Source: Catajapyx aquilonaris
Taxonomy: Eukaryota
Direction of reading: 5' to 3'
NCBI GenBank assembly: GCA_000934665.2
Contig: KZ538487.1
Coordinates: 46,807-66,806 of the forward strand
Length of the DNA stretch: 20,000 bases
Shown here in pieces: positions 8,996 to 18,785 of the stretch (the first letter of the stretch is position 1; every line of letters begins with the position of its first letter). A model generated the notes under the pieces. The model was given only the letters and a program-made list of their open reading frames with translations. It made no database searches and was not told where the DNA came from. The position numbers were made by a program, and so were the translations under genes.

Positions 8996-11814
8996 TGTTG
9001 GACGACGATGTCTCAAGTTGTTCCACATCTGCGCCCGGAACCCATCTACTTATTTTATTGCACGCAGTTTCAATTCCGATGCAGAAACCTTCTAGTCTCC
9101 GCAATTATGCAGCTTTGGGGTGGACTTGGCTTCATACACGAGCTTCCTGCCCCAAGATAAGCCATATTTTGAACCCTTTTCCCATGATGTGGGGTCAAAA
9201 TTAATGTGTGATCAATCCAGTCAGATTGACCTCTTTAATGCAAGGGACTAGCCAAGCACCATGCATATTGTGTTCTGTGTAGCCGGCAAACAGTACATAC
9301 ATGATTTGTTTTTTTATCGCTTCATCTATTAATTTCCATATTGAATAACACACATCAGTCATTTGGGTCGTACCGCGCCTCCTTTGATCATTTAGGTTGT
9401 AGGTGGAATATTGCAGTTTATTTGCATGATGACTGCGTATGATCAAATGAATAAATGATTCGAAAATATATGCAATGCTTTACACGAGATTTGTTCTAGT
9501 TTTTTGAGGGTGTCACCAATGACTAATATCAAAAGTTAGACTCAACACATTGTCTTGGCAAATGACAAAAGAAGAGGCTTTACCGTTAGACTACTTTGGA
9601 TTTAATTTTTTGTAATTTGAAAAACCATGTGCATATAGCTATCATTATCAGAAACAGGCGCGTTATTGTATATAAAATGGTCGCTCTTCCTCTTGCTCGA
9701 TCATCGCGGCAAAGAGGGTCCTCAAAGTACTGTAATAAAATTCTCGCAGGCCTATTTTCACAACCCCGCCCCAGATGATAGTCTACAACTTTCAGACTTT
9801 GTGCCGGATTTATTACTATACGATTTATACCGTTACTCTTCGTGATCATTTCAGTATTCGGTTGTAAGTGCTCAATTCTACATACATTATTCTCATCATG
9901 TGTTCAGTGACCTATAAAATCTCATGATATAACTTACAGGCTGTATACCGGATGGAAACCTGCCAGTCTCCCGGTTCAAAAGGATGTGTGAAGGAAAAGT
10001 TGCGGATTGTTTACCCCAGCAACTATTTTGAAGGAGATCAAAATTGTAACATGTGAATGTGACCCTGATGATTGTTGCTCCCAACAAGTTCCTTCTTTTT
10101 ATACTGGTTGATGGACTAAACAAGCCCTGAACTAGGGGCTTGGACAGTGCACAACATGGTATACATTGACGCTCCACAATTACAGTGTACTTGCAGAAAC
10201 ATGTAACGGAAAATTCCCCAATTATTATTTCTTCATTTTTCTTTAAGTACCACGAGTATACTGTACAGTACCGTTTTCAACGTACAGGTCGACGAAAGGG
10301 AATAATGGACATCCTGGCGTAAGGTCAAGGAAGAAGGCGACGCGACGTGACGGTACAAGACTGATGTGTCAGTAAGCTATAAAGACGGCCGCCAACTGAG
10401 GTCAGAATAATAAAATTTTGTACAGCTACACTGTAATCGACATATCCGTGTGACTTCAACACTATATTAAGTTAGGTAACATTGCTGCAGAATATGCCAA
10501 GCACTTGGATGAATGATTACGCACAAGCAGTCTGATGATTACAAAAACAATGACAATAGACCTACTAGCCCAAATTTGTCATCATGGTAAATACAAGCAG
10601 AATTTAGTACAAGAGTAAAGGATACAGCCATCAAAATAGACTTCTGTCAGCAAAACGTTTAAGCTATCCTCATACATGCATTAAAACTTTTAGGAGGCAT
10701 GAAATAACTAAATAAAATTTCTAAGAGCAAATTAGGAAAGGTCAATGTAAATGCACCATAATCGTATGAGCAATTTTAAAAAGTATTTGCAAAAAGCGAC
10801 AATTTTATACCACCTCAAAATAATACACAACAAAGTTCAACTAGCAAAAAATGCCAAATATGTCATCCCATTATGCACGATGTCTGGAGATGCATGAATT
10901 GGCACTAGGTAGTGTGGTAGGCCCTTTCATAGTGCAGCTGATTTCTCCATTTTTGCTTAGCAATGTTCGTTTCTCTTTGTCGATTAAGTATTATGAACCA
11001 ACCAAGTTTATACGTGCAACTCTAAACCCTCATATACTATACGAGAAAAATATTATTACCAGAATAATTATTCATATTCAGTCAGTGTCATAACGTCACT
11101 AGAATTGTACACAATAATGTGACATCATTTTCATGGCCTAGATTATTGAGTTACACATATTCGTTGATTAAGCCACACTAATATGAGATTGAATTAAGCG
11201 TGAAGATGCTCATGATTATTAGGTTAGTCGTTAGTGCAAAATAGGCAAGTGACGAGCATAGTAAAAGACAGTAAGAGGCCTACAAATATGCGGTAGTGCT
11301 GATTTTATGCTACTCGCAGAGTGATTAAAATTTTTAGTGTGGCCATCAGACTAAAAATAAAGTCTCCACATAGCAGAGCTTTAGGGCTTCTCAGTTGGAC
11401 ATATTGAATTCCTGAGTTCCGGAAGCTGCATGGTCATGCTGGAAGTCATTAACTCAGAACAGCGATTTTCCGCAGGGTGTGCTTGCACCCCCCGGAGGTA
11501 TGTCAGGGGTTGTGTACTGTACTTGGCCAGAGAATAAGGGCAAGAACGGCTGCAGCCAGACATCAGTCGATGAAGCAACGAAATTAAAATATGCATACGA
11601 GCATGTACAGTAATTTCATATTTTGTGTGCACTTTTCTCGCGATGATTTTGGATTTACTTATATAGGATACTGGGTTCAAAATATTGATTCTGGCATGAA
11701 TTTAGTCCAAATTTTTTAACACGAGACCCAACGTATGACTACTTGGTACATATAGGCCTAATATCGCAAGATCACCCTGTCCCACCCCATGCCACCCCTC
11801 GGAAAGAATTTCGA

Positions 11815-11884
11815 GAGGTGTACTCTCCGCAGTCGCGTGGGTTTACTTGGGATTCTTCCGTTTCCTACCACTGTCCAAAAACAT
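11815..11884 (+). mobile_element. Degraded SINE fragment resembling the V-SINE central domain
   Basis: CTCCGCAGTCGCGTGGGTTTACTTGGGATTCTTCCGTTTCCTACCACTGTCCAAAAACAT is colinear with the V-domain pattern as I recall it (GCGTGGGTTT.CTCCGGG..CTCCGGTTTCCTCCCACAGTCCAAAGACAT). Confidence 0.55.
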
Positions 11885-11913
11885 TTATTGCTCTTCTACG
11901 GTGTCTTATGCCC

Positions 11914-12144
11914 AACCGAAGCAGGTTGGCATAGTGGATAAGGCGTCCGACTGCTAATCGGGAGGTCCTGGGTTCGAATCCCGGGGCCGGCAACCCTGAC
12001 CGTGGTTTTCTGTGGTTTTCCACGGTCTTTCTGGGATAATTCCGGGGTCGCTTCCGTATAATAGGCCACAGCCGCTTCCTTCCTTCCCTATCCTTGGAGG
12101 TTGAAAGGCAATGCTGAGCCAACCTCCCTAATATCAATGATAAA
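11914..12144 (+). mobile_element. tRNA-derived SINE (Talua/Lm1-like), 231 bp, 14-bp TSD
   Basis: Pol III A box TGGCATAGTGG (11927-11937) and B box GGTTCGAATCC (11971-11981). Body CCCTGAC..GGTTTTCTGTGGTTTTCC...TAGGCCACAGCCGCTTCCTTCC resembles polyneopteran Talua-type SINEs as I recall them. Flanked by exact direct repeats GGTGTCTTATGCCC (11900-11913, 12145-12158). Confidence 0.88.
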
Positions 12145-12153
12145 GGTGTCTTA

Positions 12154-12280
12154 TGCCCGATTGCACCAACGAAAATACCGATTCGATAGCTCCTAACAGA
12201 TCGTTAGCACATGCTAAAAGGGTTCCTAACGATCCATAAGGAGCTATCGGATCGGTATTTTCGGTTGGTGCAATCGGACA
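12154..12280. mobile_element. PIF/Harbinger-like (Tourist-type) MITE, 127 bp, TTA TSD
   Basis: TTA|TGCCCGATTGCACCAACGAAAATACCGATTCGATAGCTCCT... pairs with ...AGGAGCTATCGGATCGGTATTTTCGGTTGGTGCAATCGGACA|TTA. Arms are about 50 bp and imperfect; 3-bp TWA TSD. Confidence 0.85.
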
Positions 12281-12772
12281 TTAGAATAATATGTTAATTT
12301 CTTGTCCTGATTCCGCGCTTCTTGGTCATGATTGCTATGGTGCGGGAGCGATAAAGGACATTTTGGGCAGGAAAGCCTAACTCCAACGAACCATCATCAA
12401 CAACACATGCCACCCCTATTCCTCAATGCAGGTATCATGCACGAAAATGCCTATAATTACGTACGCGGCGTGCAGTGAAGGCGTGTATGATATACTGTTT
12501 TGTACAACCCTGAGAGTTATATGTACTTTGAGACGATTTGTTGAAGTACTAATGCATTTTGTATTCGAGATTATTTTGGTGGATCCCGACACAAACAGCT
12601 ACATAGTTCATATATTGAAAGTTGTAGCATTAAGGAAATTATATGGACCTCCGTCCGATATACACGACATTCACAAAGTGTGGTGATTGGATTTAATGTA
12701 CTTTTAATTAATCAAATTTGGGAAGCTCTGTATACCGTAATAAGTAAGTGCCACTCTGAAAAGTGTATAGGC

Positions 12773-12845
<73 letters not shown>
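12773..12845. repeat. (TAA)24 microsatellite
   Basis: Uninterrupted trinucleotide run; it generates the poly-Ile and poly-Leu pseudo-ORFs. Confidence 0.97.
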
Positions 12846-12847
<2 letters not shown>

Positions 12848-15800
12848 AGGCTCTATTGAGTTTGGAGGGATACATTGAACCTGTTCAGAGAAACGAAGAC
12901 TTCCAGCCTCTCTCATTATATACCTACCGACAAACGACAGGAAACGACTTTTGGCTAGTACAAGGCCTAAGTATCTAAGCTATAGAAGTGAAACTGTGAG
13001 TGTTTATGGCCACATTACCGCTCAAAACGAGCCTGTGAATAATGCGCCTAGCTATCATAATGCCTCCGTTATGTTACAGAACTGCATTATTTTACAAACA
13101 TTCTTAACCTACACCTCTCCATCTTTCTACAGTATATTATAATACAGTGTGGTACACTGCCCACGTTGACACCTCCAACAATGGCTCGCACTCTCGCGTA
13201 CACATCAGGATCTACCACCGCCTCATTGTTGGCAGTGCATCACCTTATAGAATCTCCTTTCTTTTTTTAAATCCCATTTGTATACCGTAAGCAAATGATG
13301 CCATGTGACGTATGTTATTGACACGCAGGTGGTGCTCGTGATTTTGCAAACTACTGTAAGGTCACTTGGTCCCGCCTCCAACTGGATGTAACTTGCAAAT
13401 GAGTGTAAGTCCGACTGACTTTGTGTCCCATAGCTGCAGTGCAGCGGAGATTGTTTGCGCCTGAATATACTTTGTATATGAAGCCCCAGCACCTTCTTTC
13501 CTGGTGCGCCGTTGCCGCTTCCCTCAGACATCGTTTAATCAATGAACTATATGGTATGTAAACAATGCTACGGATGCTATATAAGACAGAGAGTAAATCT
13601 ACGTGTGATAAGGTATCACTCTTCAGAGTGCGATAAACTTCAATTTCTCGAACCGATGTTGTGCCGACGATTCTGAATAACTTACGGACATTTTTCTCAC
13701 GGGTTCGGATTCTCGTGCGTTTGCGCCGTTCACGTTGGGCCCATACGTATGTATACACGAACTTTACGGGTTTTCAACAGCCTTTAGCATAACCTCTGTC
13801 GTACAAACACCCGGTATGCCGGTTAATTAGTATTTAAGTTTGCAACTGTAGTTTCATCAATAAGTATGTAGTATAGTGTATCTCTGATATGCTATAATGT
13901 AGATACCCTGTTCGAGTCATATTGCATGAGATTACATTAAACGTCACTTATCTATTTAGCAACCCTTTCGTAATTGGGGTTCACATATTGTGCTTTGACA
14001 TGTACAGTTTAAGCAAAACTAATAATATAAACCGGGAAGAAAATGTGGACGTGTATTTCGTGCGTATATATCTCACTTAAATCGAGTTTCCTGTTTCGTG
14101 CATCATGTCAGCTGACTAACCGAACAGCAATTCTTGTTGGTGGAAATTCCAGTAGTTGTATCAGCCGTTTGCAACATGTTGGGCTGAAAAATAAAACCGC
14201 AAAGTAGGTCATAACCTACGGTAGGTCAGCGAAACGGAAGTGTGCACGTATGTTGAGTTCCGTCTAAAGAATAAATTATACCCCACGCTCTTTGGGGGGA
14301 GTTCAGGAGGTTTTTAATTATCGTATTCCGTTCCCTGCATTTACCTGATTTGATCATATTCGCATTTACAATACGGAAGAACTTTTCAGCTCAATGTAGC
14401 TAAATACAGTAGAGAAAAGATGCACTTAAAAACGCGAGTAAATATGAACCTGCATTGCACCCTGCTGGTTGTTTACAATGCACAGGCCCGGTTTTATTGG
14501 AATGTTAGGTACCTATTGATTAGTGCCACTCTCTTACGTTCCTACAGTGCATTATACTGTATAGTAGAGTAGCCCTGTGCAGTCAATTGTAGCAGTACTG
14601 AAGCTACAAAACTCCTTATGCACATTGAAAATATTTTGTTGTCAGTTACGAGGAACAGTAGTACGGTATATCAACATAAATTGCAACTTCCTTTCTGCTA
14701 ATTACGCGAATGGTAAGGATTAGAAGCAAGAGTTTAAGTTTGTTACTAATTAGCTTATTGCTACAAATTGCATTATATGCCAGACGGCAATGCTACAACA
14801 AGCCGGGGAAAAGATCATTTATTTCGGGACACCGCTGCATAAAATTATCGATTTATTGACTCGGTTTTATACTTCGGTATTTGAAATAATCGTACCGATT
14901 GCATTCTTTTAAATAATACAGAGCAGCTGATCTACCTGTATAATATTATAATACGGATTAACTAAGAAAAATGTTTATAAAACACGCAATACGACGGTAC
15001 TTGCTGAACTGGGCTTTACACACTTCCTGCCTTATCCATACCTTTTTTTCACATTTTGTTGTACAATGGCCTCCTGATTCTATTGTGGTCTTCCACTAGC
15101 TTTGTTCCGCGTTTTTTTGTCTCTCACTCTTGTTCCTCCCAATTATTTTAAATCCGCCAGTTGTTGCATCTCATCCTTTCTAACCCCAACCAATCGACTT
15201 TGCAAAACAGGATTATCCATCCCCCATATTCGAGACCACCCTGCACCAGCTGGACACCAAATAGCACCCAGAAAACCAAAACGGTACCAAATTAGCCCAC
15301 CTATAAATAGTCTCCACATATTTATCCGGGCCCCCCCTAATTGTTGCCACCTCCCCAAAAAAAGGAGACAATACACTACAACCCCCCCCCCCCCCCGGGT
15401 GTCTTACTACNACTACCCACCCACCAATTCCGGAGTCTGTCTCCCGGTCGCCCACAGATGGCGTTGTTATCGACGAACGGGGCTTCGGTCAACACGCTCG
15501 ATCCGGGGCTGAGTGGGAAAAGGGGGAAGGGGGGAGTGGTAGGTCCAAAGGGGGTGTGGTGGTGGCCCCGGGGGGTGGCAGAAGAGGTGGTGGTGGAGGA
15601 GGTTTGTGGTGGTTTAGGTGCTGTTGGTGAAGGAGCAACTACTCGTTGGTTCGGGTGCCCGCTGGTTCGTGGACAATACACACACCAGACACACACACGC
15701 CGTACACACCCCCCCAATACCGGGGGATCAATTTCCCCCCGGTCAATTGTTAATTTTTTTTTCGTTCAAGTGTTGTGTGCGGTGCCGTGTGACATTTTTG

Positions 15801-16961
15801 GGTGACTCGTTTGGTCCGCCCCCATTGTTGGGGCGAGGACGACCTCTTTGGAATTTTGGTGCATCTTCGTGGGGAAGAGTGTTAGCGGAGGAGGAGGGGA
15901 AGGATGGTACGATGCCCAGCACCATCCGAGGTATGTCATATAATTTAATTTTGGAAGGGTACAATTTGGTCATCATCATCATACCGTCTGCGTATATACC
16001 AAAAACGTCATATTTCGTTCTATAGTACGGCCAAACTCGAGGCCTCCCAACCCGAATTCCTGCCTCATCTTCACCCCCACCCCCACCGTTCCATAACGGG
16101 ACCTCAACATAACGGGTTAACCCCATGGCTCCAGGGGATACCAGAGTTCAAACCCAACCAAACCCTGTAAATACGCTGAAAATGTCTGAAAACGATATAA
16201 AACCACATTATAAATGACAGATAAATATTACGCATGTTGATGTCCGGAATGGCAGGAAGGGATGGAAGGGGTAGGGGGGGGGGGGGGGGGNAACTTAAGA
16301 GGGCCGCCAAAATGGATGTTGTGGTGGTTGGTGCGGGGTGAATGGCCGGCCCGGTCCCGTTAAGCGCACCGCTACGCGGAAACAAGCACGGGGGCACGGG
16401 GGTGCCATCGTGCGGACAACGGCGCAAGCATAGAGGTTTTTGGAAGCGCGGAGTAGGTGGGTGGGTGGGAGGGGGGAACGCAATCGCGTCGGGGTCAATG
16501 GCCGACCGCGCCGCAAGGACGCTGACGTCACACTAGTCAGGAGGAGCAATGCACGTGCGCCTGTGGATCCATCCATGGTCTTACACCTGTCCACTTGGGG
16601 TTTTTTTTTTGTGTGCGGGGCTTGTACACCCAGCCCCGTTGCTTGTGCCGTTGTTCCGCTCTATGCCAGAGAACCTCTAGGTCAATCTGAAGACAATGCT
16701 ACATTGGCGATTCTTTTTCGAGGATTGACCGCAGGAGTGGATATGTCAACGGGAGGAGGGGAAAGTGGGTTAATGACGAAGGATTGACTGGAGGTGTAGC
16801 AGCTGGAGGACAATGGGATGCTGTATGTCCGGTGTCCTGTTGCGGTTGCGTCAATATCAAGAATGCAACGAACAATAGTTGAGACTATATGTCGATAAAA
16901 ATGCCAGATATTAGCTGCGGATGCTAATGAACTGTGCAATGTTATTGTAAGGCTGCTCTTG

Positions 16962-17114
16962 ATCTGGATTTACTCTAACTGTTAGTTCAAAGGTTGGTAA
17001 AACCGGGGACAAGTCAGTGCAGCTGCAAGGCTATACGGGTATAACCTTGCAGCTGCAATGACTCGTCCCCGGTTTTACTAACCTTTGAACTAACAGTTAA
17101 GAGTAAATCCAGAT
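16962..17114. repeat. 153-bp near-perfect palindrome (75/76-nt arms, 2-nt spacer)
   Basis: 16962-17036 versus the reverse complement of 17039-17114 differs by 4 substitutions and 1 indel. Confidence 0.95.
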
Positions 17115-18437
17115 TAACCATAGAGTAACCACTGACTTCAAGTAAAGCGGTTGGAGAAACCTGGTATCAACCACTTCATCAATCCCACGGTGTTCGTAGG
17201 AACCTGTCCATGTTCGCCGCTTTTTATGACCAGTACACGTACAGGCTGCGTGCGATTGCCACACGGTACTCGTGTACACGACCGTGTGTACCGCCGTATT
17301 TGAGGTCAACACTCAGGTTTCATAGGGGTGATCACTCGGTCCTTTTTTTTTTTCACCAAACGTGATGAAATAACGGCCCAAGTGCAAAAATCCGTCTCTG
17401 ACGTCACCCCCAATGTGCGTACCCCCCCNCCCCCCCCCGGTACAAACTAGTAGTTAGCACACTTATGAAATCTGCCTGGGGGGGCTACTGTTGCAAATGC
17501 CAGAGTGCATATTATATCGTAAAGGAAAAGTTGCGGCTCATCTTGTTACGTCACGATTACCGGAGTTACGAAAGGACCGGAGTCGTGTGGAATTCCGCGT
17601 ACGGTGCTCCGTTGGTTTCCTCTTTTTGCATCTTTTATCATCCGAGGCTCCCACCGTAGTCATCCAACACCCCGGTTTCCCGTTAATCGACGGGGATTTT
17701 TATTCGCAGAGAGTCGAATATGACACCGCGGGCGTTATCAACAGTCCGGAGTCAATCACGGATGCGAACCGTTAGCTCGGGAACTTCAAACCCCCGTAAG
17801 GGAAGGCTGAACTCCTTATTTGGTCTGACAACATCAACCCGACCCCCGCTACGTACACATATGTGCTAATAAATGTTGCGCCAGACTGATGTATTCCGAA
17901 AATTTGGTTTGAATCAACGTCAACACCAGATTAATTACGCGTGATTTTTTGGTCATCGCTGGCCTCAATATTGGGTCGTATCGCATTGGATACCAAATAG
18001 TAGCGGCTATCAGTCATTTTTGACCTATCGTCTTCCTGGTTGGCGATAGCGGGCCCGTAATAGTTGCATAAGTTTCCCACCGATAGGCTTTCTACGCCTA
18101 CACCTTCGGGCCTCACATGACCCCAATCAACCAATAGCCGTCGGAAATTCCTGCCCGCAGCCAATAGGACAGCGGCATGCGGTGCCGCAGTCGGCACACG
18201 TCACGCGTGTGTCGTCAGTCCGGAATCGATGCCGATCGCCTCTGGAAGCTATCGGGCGCTCCATGCTCCGACTCCAGGAATGTCTTGGGCTGATGACATG
18301 GCCGTAGATGTGCAATAAGACCCCCAGGGTGTCAGAAGTGGGAGGCACTGTCGTACACTAGGTAGATTGGGTAGAACAAGCTTGGCTGTTGCCGTCGTCC
18401 TGCGAAAGTGTGTCACTGCACCCCCTCCCCCGCCTGC

Positions 18438-18785
18438 CTACCAACCAGCCAGCCAAGCAACCAACCAACCAACCCTTTTTCCTCTCTCCAGCCATATCCC
18501 TAGAGCATAGGCGCCGCAAGAGGCCGCTCCCTTCCGTCTAATACACCCACCCCCGGTCTGCACCATTGTTGAGGCGCCATCCTCCCGGAGCAGGACTCTG
18601 TTGATCCCCGCTCTGGCCGCCCCTAGGCCCACGTGATGGCCACCTTGTTTGTAAACCAGGCCCTGTCACGTGAGCACCATGATGAGCGCATGGCCAACGT
18701 CGGGCACCTCTTCGCCGACCAACTCGTTGTCGCCGACGGTGGTGGCCGAGTCCTCCTCTTCCGGCAGCGCCTCTCCGGGATCCAT
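18438..18785 (-). pseudogene. 115-codon frame of unknown product interrupted by one in-frame TGA
   Basis: MDPGEALPEEEDSATTVGDNELVGEEVPDVGHALIMVLT*QGLVYKQGGHHVGLGAARAGINRVLLREDGASTMVQTGGG...; GC-rich third positions in the first two-thirds. No family recognised. Confidence 0.3.
18441..18474. repeat. Imperfect (CCAA/CCAG)n tetranucleotide repeat
   Basis: ccaaccagccagccaagcaaccaaccaaccaacc. Confidence 0.75.

Noticed and set aside
9896..10177. Upstream Hdc exon ending at a GTAAGT donor near 9937
   Set aside because: The peptide is unrecognisable, the region matches a dispersed repeat, and Hdc already has an ATG and TATA promoter downstream.
11920..11990. Functional tRNA-Ser(GCT) gene
   Set aside because: Poor acceptor stem, no long variable arm, no adjacent poly-T terminator, and embedded in a SINE with TSDs.
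12704..12978. Poly-Leu and poly-Ile ORFs
   Set aside because: Artefacts of the (TAA)n microsatellite.
9991..17536. 15-bp direct match AAGGAAAAGTTGCGG at 9991 and 17522
   Set aside because: No flanking similarity; one such match is plausible by chance in 20 kb.
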